Shown: piece after piece, positions 25,907 through 37,893 of the stretch
How positions within the stretch are numbered: the first letter of the stretch is position 1
Layout of the letters: each line of letters begins with the position of its first letter
Assembly (NCBI GenBank): GCA_023419875.1
Contig: JAEZXM010000105.1
Location: forward strand, 1-43,064
DNA: 43,064 bases
Reading direction: 5' to 3'
Origin: Pseudomonadota bacterium
GTDB taxonomy: Bacteria; Myxococcota; Myxococcia; Myxococcales; Anaeromyxobacteraceae
Program-made: the position numbers and the translations under genes
The notes under the pieces: model-generated
Seen by the model: only the letters and a program-made list of their open reading frames with translations
The model's database searches: none
What the model was told of the DNA's origin: nothing

Positions 25907-27289
25907 TCAGGCCGGCGTCGCCGGGGTGGCGTCCGCAGCCGCCCCGCCCTCCGGCGCCTTGATCACCGTCTTCCCCACCCAGCTCTCGCGCGCCCAGCGG
26001 ACGACGTTCACGAGGGCGCGGATGGTCTCGTCGGCGAGCAGCACGAGATAGAGCCCGATCACCCCCCAGCCGAGCGCGTTGCTCAGGACGATCACGGGGA
26101 TGACACCCCACATGAACGCGACGCCCACGGTGAGCGAGAAGCGGCCGTCGCCGACGGTCTTGAGCGCGACGCCGCCCAGGATGTTCGCGGCACGGATGGG
26201 CTCGGTGAAGAGGCTCACGACGAGCAGCCAGAATCCGAGCCGCTTGATGCCGGCGTCGGCCGTGAAGATCCCCAGCACGGAGTCGTGGAAGACGAGGAAC
26301 ACGGCCATGTTGACGAAGGCGAAGGCGGCGGAGATGCCGAGCACCCGCCAGTACGTGCGCCGCACGGCATCGAGGCGCCCGGCCCCGAGCATGTGGCTCA
26401 TCACGATCTGCCCGGCGGCGGTGAGGCTCCAGGTGACCGACATGTCCACGAAGATGAGGCGCTGCATGTACGTGTTCGCGGCCATCGCCTGGAGGCCGAG
26501 CGAGATGATGAGCACCGAGACGACGAAGCTCTGCACGGTGTAGCTGAAGGGCTCGAGGGCCGCGGGCACGCCGATCCGGAGGATCGGCCCGAGCACGGCG
26601 CGCACCCGGGCAGTGAGCCGCGGCATCCGGAAGCGGATCCCGAGCCGCCGGTGGACGAGCCACATGAGCAGGAGGAGGCCGGTGAGGTAGGCGAGCACGG
26701 TCGCGAGCGCGACCCCGCGGACGCCGAGGCGGGGCCGGCCGAAGGCTCCGCTCATGAAGAGCACGTTGAGGCCGATATTGAGCGCGTTCGTGACGACGGC
26801 GACCACCATGGTCCAGCTCGTCAGCGTCCGGGACGCCAGCACCGAGGTATACGCGCCTCGCGCCCCGACGAGGACGAAGTTGAAGGCGATGACGCCGAGG
26901 AACTGCGCGGCGAAGGCGGCCGCGCTGGGGGTCATGCCGAGCCAGAGGCCGATGTGCGGAGCCCAGAGGAAGAGCGCCACCGACAGCACGAGGCCCAGGC
27001 CGACGCTGATGACCAGGTTGCCGATCCAGGTCGGGACGACGGACTCCTCCCGCCCCGCGCCCATGTACTGGCTCGCCACCGCGGTACCGGCGGTCGCAAA
27101 CTGGGGGAGGATGAAGTAGCCGAGCCAGAGCACGCTGGCGAGCGACCCGATCGCAGCCGCAGGCTCGTCGCCGATGCGGGACAGGAACCAGGTGTCCGCC
27201 GCCACCACGAGCCCGGCGGTCACCTGCTCGATGAAGATGGGCCACGCGAGGTCGATGAGCCCCAGGTTCAGTCCGCGTCTCGCCGACAT
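25907..27289 (-). CDS. MATE family efflux transporter
   Basis: LAWPIFIE, DTWFLSRIG, ASQYMGA, NALNIGLN, LGVRGVALAT; about 12 TM; GGAG RBS before ATG 27289. Confidence 0.92.
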   Translation of the reverse strand: MSARRGLNLGLIDLAWPIFIEQVTAGLVVAADTWFLSRIGDEPAAAIGSLASVLWLGYFILPQFATAGTAVASQYMGAGREESVVPTWIGNLVISVGLGLVLSVALFLWAPHIGLWLGMTPSAAAFAAQFLGVIAFNFVLVGARGAYTSVLASRTLTSWTMVVAVVTNALNIGLNVLFMSGAFGRPRLGVRGVALATVLAYLTGLLLLMWLVHRRLGIRFRMPRLTARVRAVLGPILRIGVPAALEPFSYTVQSFVVSVLIISLGLQAMAANTYMQRLIFVDMSVTWSLTAAGQIVMSHMLGAGRLDAVRRTYWRVLGISAAFAFVNMAVFLVFHDSVLGIFTADAGIKRLGFWLLVVSLFTEPIRAANILGGVALKTVGDGRFSLTVGVAFMWGVIPVIVLSNALGWGVIGLYLVLLADETIRALVNVVRWARESWVGKTVIKAPEGGAAADATPATPA

Positions 27290-27402
27290 CGTTCTCCCCT
27301 CCGGAGACAGATGCATAGCACTCGGGCCGCCCCGCGTGAGGCCCCCCGAGCGCACGCGGCGCACGCTTGACCTCCGGGTTCGCGTGTGCGTTTCGTCGCG
27401 AG

Positions 27403-28440
27403 ATGGAGCCTGCCAGGCGTCAGAAGCGGTCCTTGCGGCGCGCGCGCCCCACCATGGTGGACGTCGCCCGGAAGGCTGGCGTGAGCCTCAAGACCGTGTC
27501 CCGGGTGGTGAACGAAGAGGGCCCGGTCAAGGACAGCACGATCCGGTCCGTCCAGGCCGCGATCGCCGCCCTCGGGTTCCGGCGGAACGAGGGCGCCTCG
27601 GCTCTCCGGCGCGGCACCACCACGCGGAGCCTGGGCGTCCTGCTCGAGAACGTCTCTGACCCCTTCTACTCCGCGCTCACCCGTGCGGTGGAGGAGGTCG
27701 CGCTCCGCCACGACTACCTCGTCTTCACCGGCTCGTCGGACGAGGACGCGGCGCGGGAGCGGCGCCTGGCGCTGGCGTTCTGCTCCCGCCGCGTGGACGG
27801 GCTGGTCATCGTCCCGACGCCGGACGACCACCGCTACCTCGCCCCGGAGGTGCGAGCCGGGACGCACGTGGTGTTCGCCGATCGCCCAGGGCCTGGGCTG
27901 CCTGCGGACGCGGTGCTGGTCGACAACGCCGGCGGGACCCAGGCCGCGGTCGAGCACCTGGCGGCCCACCGTCACAAGCGCATCGCGTTCCTGGGCGACG
28001 ACCGGCGCATCTTCACCGCGGCCGAGCGGCTCCGCGGATACCGGCGCGCGGTGAAGCGCGTCGGGCTGTCGGCGGACGAGTCCCTGATCTCGATGGGCAC
28101 ACCCACGGAGGAGTCCGTGCGCGCGGCCCTGGCCCGTTTCGCTGCGCTCCGCCGGCCGCCCACCGCGCTCATCACCGGGAACAACCGCACCACCGTCCTG
28201 GTGCTGCGCATCCTGGCGGCGTCACCGTCCGCCCGGCCGGCGCTGGTCGGGTTCGACGACTTCGAGCTCTCGGAGGTGGTGGTGCCGGCGGTGACGGTGA
28301 TCGCCCAGAACCCCGCCGCGATCGGTGCGGCGGCGGCGGACGTGATGTTCTCGCGGCTCGCCGGAGATCGCCGCCCGCCCCGCCGGGTCGTCCTCCCGGT
28401 TCGCCTGATCGCGCGCGGGTCCGGAGAGCAGCCGCCCTGA
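27403..28440 (+). CDS. LacI-family transcriptional regulator
   Basis: TMVDVARKAGVSLKTVSRVVN, RRVDGLVI, VGFDD, LIARGS. Confidence 0.95.
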   Translation: MEPARRQKRSLRRARPTMVDVARKAGVSLKTVSRVVNEEGPVKDSTIRSVQAAIAALGFRRNEGASALRRGTTTRSLGVLLENVSDPFYSALTRAVEEVALRHDYLVFTGSSDEDAARERRLALAFCSRRVDGLVIVPTPDDHRYLAPEVRAGTHVVFADRPGPGLPADAVLVDNAGGTQAAVEHLAAHRHKRIAFLGDDRRIFTAAERLRGYRRAVKRVGLSADESLISMGTPTEESVRAALARFAALRRPPTALITGNNRTTVLVLRILAASPSARPALVGFDDFELSEVVVPAVTVIAQNPAAIGAAAADVMFSRLAGDRRPPRRVVLPVRLIARGSGEQPP

Positions 28441-28550
28441 GCTGGGTAGCGTCCGCCATGAGCGCGGAGTGAAGCCCCACCCGGGCGGAGAGTTGCACAA
28501 ACCCACGGCATGCACCTTCCTCCCGGCGGCGCCCCACCCAGGAGGTCCTC

Positions 28551-30878
28551 ATGGCCGAGAAGCGCGCGTTGCTCGTCTCGAGCGGCTGGCTGCAGGCCGC
28601 GCTCCTCGTCTTCCTCACCGGCTTCACGATCCTCGGGATCATGGCGTACCAGGCGTACACGGACACGCCGCCCATTCCGGAGCGGGTGGTGACGGAGGAC
28701 GGCCGCGTCCTCTACACGCGCGAGGACATCCAGGACGGCCAGCAGCTCTTCCTTCAGAGCGGGCTCATGCAGTACGGCTCGGTGTTCGGCCACGGGGGCT
28801 ATCTCGGACCCGACTACACGGCCGACTACCTGCGCCGCGCGTCGGTCTTCGTGGCGAAGGAGTACGGCGAGTCCGAGACCTCGGGGGGGCCGAGGACCAT
28901 CGCCGACTTCCGGACGAACCGATTCGACGCGGCGACGGGGCGGGTGGTCGTGAGCGACGCCCAGGCGGGCGCGTTCGAGCACGTGAAGCGGCATCTGCGA
29001 ACGACCTTCGCGAAGCCGAGCGCCGAGACGGGGCTGCGCCCGGGGCTCCTGGCGGACCCGGCCGACCTGCACGATCTGACCGCCTTCTTCGCCTGGAGCG
29101 CCTGGGCCGCGTCGACGGAGCGGCCGGGCAAGACATACACGTACACGAACAACTGGCCGCCGGAGCCGCGCGTCGAGAACCGCCCCACGGGCGCGGCGAT
29201 CGTGTGGAGCGTCCTCTCCCTCGTGGCGCTGCTCGGCGGCGTGGGGCTCCTCTTCGGCGCGTTCGGCCGCTGGCGGTCGCTGGGCTGGCACGGCCGCGAG
29301 GGCCAGACGCTCTCGTTCCGTACGCCGGGCACCGTGTCGCTCACCCCCGCGCAGCGGGTGACCGCCTGGTTCTTTCTCGTGATGGCGGCGCTGTTCCTGG
29401 TGCAGACGCTCGTCGGGGCGGCGTCGCAGCACTACCGCGCGGAGCTCTCCAACTTCTTCGGGTTCGACCTGGCGCGCTTCCTCCCGTTCAACCTCATGCG
29501 CACCTGGCACGTGCAGCTCTCGATCTTCTGGGTGGCGACCTCGTTCCTCGCGGCCGGCATCTTCATCGCCCCGATGGTCGCGGGACGGGAGCCGGCCGGC
29601 CAGCGGTGGCTCGCGATCGCCCTGCTCGGCGCGCTCGTCGTGGTCGTCGCGGGGAGCCTCGCCGGACAGGCGGCGGGCATTCACGGATGGTCGCGGAACA
29701 TCTGGCTCGCGAACCAGGGGTTCGAGTACCTCGACCTCGGCCGGCTCTGGCAGGTGCTGCTCGTCGTGGGCCTGTTCTTCTGGGTGGCCATGCTCTGGCG
29801 GACGGTGCGCCCGCGGCTCGCGCGGGAGCGGTTCGGGAACATGCCCTGGCTGTTCTTCTTCGCGGCGCTCGCCATCCCCGCCTTCTACGCCGTGGGCCTG
29901 CTCGCGCACCCGCGGAGCCACTTCAGCATCACCGAGTTCTGGCGGTTCTGGGTGGTGCACCTGTGGGTCGAGGACTTCCTCGAGCTCTTCACCACGGTGA
30001 TGGTCGCCTACCTCTTCGTGCTGCTCGGCGTCGTCACCGAGCGGGTGGCGCTCGCGCTCGTCTACCTCGAGATGATCCTCTACGCGGTGGGGGGCGTCGT
30101 CGGGACGATGCACCACCTCTACTTCTCGGGCGGGCCGGCCTCGCACCTCGCCCTGGGCGCCTTCTTCTCGGCGGCGGAGGTGATCCCGCTCACCTTCCTC
30201 ACGGTCGAGGCCTGGAGCTTCCTCCAGCTCGGGAGGCGGCAGTGGACGGCGGGCGGCGGCGCCCAGGGCGCGTTCCCGCACCGCTGGGCCATCCTGTTCC
30301 TCGTCGCGGTCGGGTTCTGGAACTTCCTCGGCGCGGGCATCTTCGGGTTCCTCATCAACCTGCCCATCGTCTCGTACTACGAGATCGGAACGGCCCTCAC
30401 CTCGAACCACGGCCACGCCTCGATGATGGGCGTGTACGGGAAGCTCGCGGCGGGGCTGGCGATGTTCGCCGTGCGCTACCTCATCCCCGCTGGCCGCTGG
30501 CCCGAGCGCCTCGCGAAGACGAGCTTCTGGTCGCTCAACATCGGGCTCGCCTGGATGGTGTTCGCGACGCTCTTCCCGATCGGCATCCTCCAGCTCGAGC
30601 GCTCGGTCTCGGTCGGCTACTGGGAGGCGCGGGACCTCCTGTACCTCACCTCCGGCTATCTCTCCTTCATCGAGTGGATGCGCCTGCCCGGGGACGTGGT
30701 CTTCATCGTGGGCGGGGTGCTGCCGCTCCTCTGGATCTGCTTCCTCGGGGTGCGCCACGCCCGGAGCCTCGGGCGCACCGGCGCGCAGGAGAGCGCCCTC
30801 TTCACCGAGGTCACAGGCGGAGAGCGCGGCGAGATGGGCGGTGCGACCGCCGCGGGGAGCGTCGGGGAGCGGCCGTGA
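28551..30878 (+). CDS. norB: Quinol-dependent nitric oxide reductase (qNor), copy 1
   Basis: 775 aa; GSVFGHGGYLGPDYTAD, YTNNWP, RTWHVQL, WVVHLWVEDFLELF, GTMHHLYF, NHGH. Confidence 0.92.
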   Translation: MAEKRALLVSSGWLQAALLVFLTGFTILGIMAYQAYTDTPPIPERVVTEDGRVLYTREDIQDGQQLFLQSGLMQYGSVFGHGGYLGPDYTADYLRRASVFVAKEYGESETSGGPRTIADFRTNRFDAATGRVVVSDAQAGAFEHVKRHLRTTFAKPSAETGLRPGLLADPADLHDLTAFFAWSAWAASTERPGKTYTYTNNWPPEPRVENRPTGAAIVWSVLSLVALLGGVGLLFGAFGRWRSLGWHGREGQTLSFRTPGTVSLTPAQRVTAWFFLVMAALFLVQTLVGAASQHYRAELSNFFGFDLARFLPFNLMRTWHVQLSIFWVATSFLAAGIFIAPMVAGREPAGQRWLAIALLGALVVVVAGSLAGQAAGIHGWSRNIWLANQGFEYLDLGRLWQVLLVVGLFFWVAMLWRTVRPRLARERFGNMPWLFFFAALAIPAFYAVGLLAHPRSHFSITEFWRFWVVHLWVEDFLELFTTVMVAYLFVLLGVVTERVALALVYLEMILYAVGGVVGTMHHLYFSGGPASHLALGAFFSAAEVIPLTFLTVEAWSFLQLGRRQWTAGGGAQGAFPHRWAILFLVAVGFWNFLGAGIFGFLINLPIVSYYEIGTALTSNHGHASMMGVYGKLAAGLAMFAVRYLIPAGRWPERLAKTSFWSLNIGLAWMVFATLFPIGILQLERSVSVGYWEARDLLYLTSGYLSFIEWMRLPGDVVFIVGGVLPLLWICFLGVRHARSLGRTGAQESALFTEVTGGERGEMGGATAAGSVGERP

Positions 30879-31192
30879 CGGGCGCCGGGCCGGTGCTCCT
30901 CGGAGCCATCTACGCGGGGCTCCTCTGGGCCATCGCGCTCGGGCTGGACGCGATCGGCCGCCGCGCGATGCGGCCCCGCAGGCCCGTCCCCGCGGACGAA
31001 CCGGCGCTGGCGGGAGACGTCGCCCGGTTCCACCGCGCCATCGGAGGTGCGGTCCTGGGCGCCGGCGGGTTCCTCCTCGCCGCGCTCGGCCTTGCGCGCC
31101 GCGATGGGGCGGCGCTCCTGCTCGTCCTCCTGGCGCTCGGGTGCGCCGCGGGCGCGTTCCGGCGGCTCGCGCCGCTGTGGCGAGAGCCGTGA
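30875..31192 (+). CDS. Small membrane protein (105 aa, about 3 TM)
   Basis: GTGA overlap with the qNor stop; three hydrophobic segments; host-like codon usage. Confidence 0.65.
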   Translation: MTGAGPVLLGAIYAGLLWAIALGLDAIGRRAMRPRRPVPADEPALAGDVARFHRAIGGAVLGAGGFLLAALGLARRDGAALLLVLLALGCAAGAFRRLAPLWREP

Positions 31193-31288
31193 GGCCGCTC
31201 GCCTCGGCGCGCCGCGCCCGCGGATGAGGAATAATGCCAGCCGTACCCGCCCAGCGCGGGCTCGCACGAAAGCCGAGGCCACCCTCCC

Positions 31289-32130
31289 GTGGACATCCAT
31301 CGCGCCGTCATCACCGCAGCGGGCGACTCGCAGCGGACATTGCCCCTGCAGACGCTCGTCGATCAGGACGGGCAGACGAAGACCGCCCTGCGGATCATCG
31401 TCGAGGAGGCCCTCGCGGCGCGGGTGGAGGAGATCTGCGTCATCGTCGCGCCGGGGGACGAGGCGGCGTACGCGGCGGCGGCGGGGCCGCACGCGAAGCG
31501 GCTCCGCTTCGTGGTGCAGGAGCATCCTGCGGGGTACGGGCACGCCGTCCACTGCGCCCGCGACTTCACCTCGCGTGAGCCGTTCCTCCTCCTCGTCGGC
31601 GACCACCTCTACGTGAGCGGGAGCGAGAAGCGGTGCGCGCAGCAGCTCGTCGAGGCGGCCCGAACCGAGCGGTGCGCCGTCTCGGCGGTCCAGCCCACGC
31701 ACGAGAGCAAGCTCCCCTTCTACGGCACCGTGGGCGGCCAGCGGGTCGCGAACCGGAAGGGCTTCTACGAGATCGCCCAGGTGATCGAGAAGCCGACGCC
31801 GACCGAGGCGGAGCAGAAGCTCATCGTCCCGGGCCTGCGGGCCGGTCACTACCTGTGCTTCTTCGGGATGCACGTTCTCTCTCCGCTCGTCATGGAGCTC
31901 CTGGGCGAGGCGCTCCGCGAGGCGGACGGGCGGCACAAGGTGCCGCTCACCCCCTGCCTCGCGAAGCTCGCGGCGCGCGAGCGGTATCTCGCGTGCGAGC
32001 TCAGCGGCACCCGCTACGACATCGGCCTCACCTACGGCCTCCTCTCCGCCCAGCTCGCGCTCGCCCTCGCCGGCCGCGATCGCGACGAGGTCCTCTCCAT
32101 GCTGGTCGAGCTCCTGGCCGCAAGGGCGCG

Positions 32131-32137
<7 letters not shown>
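31289..32137 (+). CDS. Sugar-phosphate nucleotidyltransferase (GalU-like)
   Basis: [38 protein letters not shown]; lacks the usual G.GTR signature. Confidence 0.8.
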
Positions 32138-35475
<3,338 letters not shown>

Positions 35476-35484
35476 ACCCGGGCG

Positions 35485-37062
35485 TCAGGTCTTGAGCCCG
35501 AGCCGTCGCGCCAGGTGGTGCAAGTTCGAGCGGTGCACGCCCAGCTCCCGCGCGGCGGCGGCCCAGTTGCCGCCGTGCCGGGCGACCGCGTCCTCGACCA
35601 TCGTCCGCTGGTAGAGCTCGAGCGCCTCGCGGAGCGGGAGGACGGTCTTCGGCCCGGCGCGATCCGGCGAGGCGGGACGCGCAGCGGCCTCCGTGGCGGT
35701 CCGCACGTCCTCGATCTCGTCCGGCTCGAGCGCGAGGTGCCGCTCGTCCACGACCACCGGCTCCCCCGCGCGGCCGCCGGCCTGTGCGTGGAGCACGGCG
35801 CGGTTGAGCAGGTTCTCGAGCTCGCGCACGTTCCCGGGCCAGCTCGCGGCGGTGAGCGCGCGGCGCGCGCTCTCGGTGAGCCGCACCGGCCCGAGGCCGA
35901 GCCGGCGGCGGAGCAGGTCGAGGAAGTAGCCGGCGAGGAGCGGGACGTCGCCGCGCCGCTCGCGGAGCGGCGGAACGTGGATGGGGTAGCCGGCGAGGCG
36001 GTGGAAGAGGTCCGAGCGGAAGCGCCCCGCGTCCACCTCTCGCGCGAGGTCCCGGTTCGTCGCGGCGACGATCCGCACGTCCACGCGGTGGACCCGGTCC
36101 GAGCCGACGCGCTGGATCTCCCCCTGCTGCAGGGCGCGGAGGAGCTTGGGCTGGACGGCGGCGGGGAGCTCGCCGACCTCGTCGAGGAAGAGCGTCCCGC
36201 CGTTCGCCACCTCGAACTTGCCGGTGCGGTCGGCTGTGGCCCCGGTGAAGGCGCCGCGCACGTGACCGAAGAGCTCGCTCTCGGCGAGGTGCTCGGGGAG
36301 CGCGGCGCAGTTCACGTAGATGAGCGGCTCGTCGTGGCGGCGGGAGGCGGCGTGGATGGCGCGGGCGACGAGCTCCTTGCCGACCCCGGTCTCGCCCGTG
36401 ACGAGCACCGCGAGATCCGAGGAGGCGACGAGGCCGATCTCGCGGCGCACCTTCTCGATCGCCGGGCTCGTCCCGAGGAGCTGGCCGCCGCTCCGCCGGC
36501 TCGCGTCGCGGAGGAGGTCCCGGCTCACCTCCGTGTGGCGCGCCGCGGTCCGCTCGAGCGCCTCGATGAGGCTCGTCGTCCGGAGGGCCGCGCCGGCGAG
36601 CGCGCCGAGCGCGTCGAGGAGCCTCATGTCCAGGCCGTCGAACGCTGCGGGATCGAGCGCGTCCGCGGTGAGCGCGCCCACCACCTCGCCCGAGTCCACG
36701 AGCGGGCAGCCGAGGCAGGCGTGGACCTCCTCGAGCGCGTGCGCGTCGCCCTCGAGCAGCCCGTCGAACGGATCGGGGAGCGGCGAGTCCCGCGGGAACA
36801 CCACCGGCCGGCTCGCGCCGAGGATGACCGCGAGCCGCGGGTGCTCGGCGCGCGCGTAGCGGCGGCCCAGCGCCTCGGGCACGAGGCCATGGGCGGCGAG
36901 GGGGACGAGGGTGTCGCCGTCGAGGCGGAGGAGGGCGGCGGCGTCGCACGGGATCGCGCGGCGCACGGCGCGGAGGAGCCGGTCGTAGCGGTCCTTGGCC
37001 GGGAGCGAGGAGGTGAGGTCGGCGGCGATGGTGAGGACTGCCTCGAGCGGCTCAGGACCCAT
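35485..37062 (-). CDS. norR: NO-responsive sigma54 activator NorR
   Basis: GAF domain with LPDPFDG and VHACLGC; GETGVGKE, ESELFGHVRGAFTGA, WPGNVRELEN; HTH GNWAAAARELGVHRSNLH. Confidence 0.95.
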   Translation of the reverse strand: MGPEPLEAVLTIAADLTSSLPAKDRYDRLLRAVRRAIPCDAAALLRLDGDTLVPLAAHGLVPEALGRRYARAEHPRLAVILGASRPVVFPRDSPLPDPFDGLLEGDAHALEEVHACLGCPLVDSGEVVGALTADALDPAAFDGLDMRLLDALGALAGAALRTTSLIEALERTAARHTEVSRDLLRDASRRSGGQLLGTSPAIEKVRREIGLVASSDLAVLVTGETGVGKELVARAIHAASRRHDEPLIYVNCAALPEHLAESELFGHVRGAFTGATADRTGKFEVANGGTLFLDEVGELPAAVQPKLLRALQQGEIQRVGSDRVHRVDVRIVAATNRDLAREVDAGRFRSDLFHRLAGYPIHVPPLRERRGDVPLLAGYFLDLLRRRLGLGPVRLTESARRALTAASWPGNVRELENLLNRAVLHAQAGGRAGEPVVVDERHLALEPDEIEDVRTATEAAARPASPDRAGPKTVLPLREALELYQRTMVEDAVARHGGNWAAAARELGVHRSNLHHLARRLGLKT

Positions 37063-37125
37063 GTTGTCGGAGTTGTAACGCGAGTTGTGCGGGCCGCAAC
37101 GCGGCCACGTTGTCCGACGAACAAC
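37063..37125. promoter_or_regulatory. Three tandem NorR enhancer boxes
   Basis: GTTGT-N7-GTAAC (37063-37079), GTTGT-N7-GCAAC (37084-37100), GTTGT-N7-ACAAC (37109-37125). The third is an exact match to the GT-N7-AC NorR core; the others are variants. Confidence 0.8.
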
Positions 37126-37163
37126 GATCGCGCCAAACAGCTGAAATCTCGGCGGATCCGGGT

Positions 37164-37179
37164 TGGGCCCGCCCTTGCT
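37164..37179 (+). promoter_or_regulatory. Sigma54 promoter for ric-norB
   Basis: TGGGCCCGCCCTTGCT = GG-N10-GC, downstream of the NorR boxes. Confidence 0.7.
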
Positions 37180-37192
37180 CTATCGGTCCGCC

Positions 37193-37858
37193 ATGATCGA
37201 CACCAACGCCACCCTCGCCGACCTCGCCGTCCACCACCCCATCGCCACCCGCGTCTTCCTCCGGCACCGCCTCGACTTCTGCTGCGGCGGCGACCGCCCA
37301 CTCTCCGTCGCGTGCGAGGAGAAGGCGATCGATCCGAACGAGGTCGCGAAGGAGATCCAGGCCGAGGGCGAGCGCCTCGGCGGCGACCTCCAGCTCTGGG
37401 CCGAGCGCCCCCTCGCCGAGCTCGTCGACCACATCATCACGCGCTACCACGTTCCGCTCCGGCGCGACCTCCCGAACCTCGTCGCGCTCGCGCGCAAGGT
37501 CGAGAACCGCCACGCGGACAAGCAGACCTGCCCCCGCGGGCTCGGCGACCTGCTCGGGGGCGTCGAGGCGGAGGTCGGCTCGCACCTCGACAAGGAGGAG
37601 CAGATCCTCTTCCCGATGATCAAGGCGGGCCGCGGCCCCGACGCGGGCATGCCGATCCGCGTGATGGAGCTGGAGCACGACCAGCACGGGCAGAACCTGC
37701 GCCGCATCCGCGAGCTCACCCAGGACCTCGTCCTGCCGCCTGAGGCCTGCCGCTCCTGGACCGCGCTCTACGAGGGGCTCGCCCGGCTCGAGGCGGAGCT
37801 CATGGAGCACATCCACCTCGAGAACAACATCCTCTTCCCCCGCGCCCTGGCTGAGTAG
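37193..37858 (+). CDS. ric: Iron-sulfur cluster repair di-iron protein (RIC/YtfE)
   Basis: LDFCCGG, HIITRYH, HLDKEEQILFP, MELEH, HIHLENNILFP. Confidence 0.95.
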   Translation: MIDTNATLADLAVHHPIATRVFLRHRLDFCCGGDRPLSVACEEKAIDPNEVAKEIQAEGERLGGDLQLWAERPLAELVDHIITRYHVPLRRDLPNLVALARKVENRHADKQTCPRGLGDLLGGVEAEVGSHLDKEEQILFPMIKAGRGPDAGMPIRVMELEHDQHGQNLRRIRELTQDLVLPPEACRSWTALYEGLARLEAELMEHIHLENNILFPRALAE

Positions 37859-37893
37859 CCGAGGTCGCCAGCAGCAGATCGGAGCCCCACACC

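Noticed and set aside
28506..28521. Sigma54-like CGGCATGCACCTTCCT upstream of qNor copy 1
   Set aside because: The -12 element reads CC rather than GC; too weak to call.
28551..30878. qNor copy 1 as an NO dismutase
   Set aside because: It retains the HH pair (GTMHHLYF) and conserved Glu residues; it lacks the substitutions typical of Nod.
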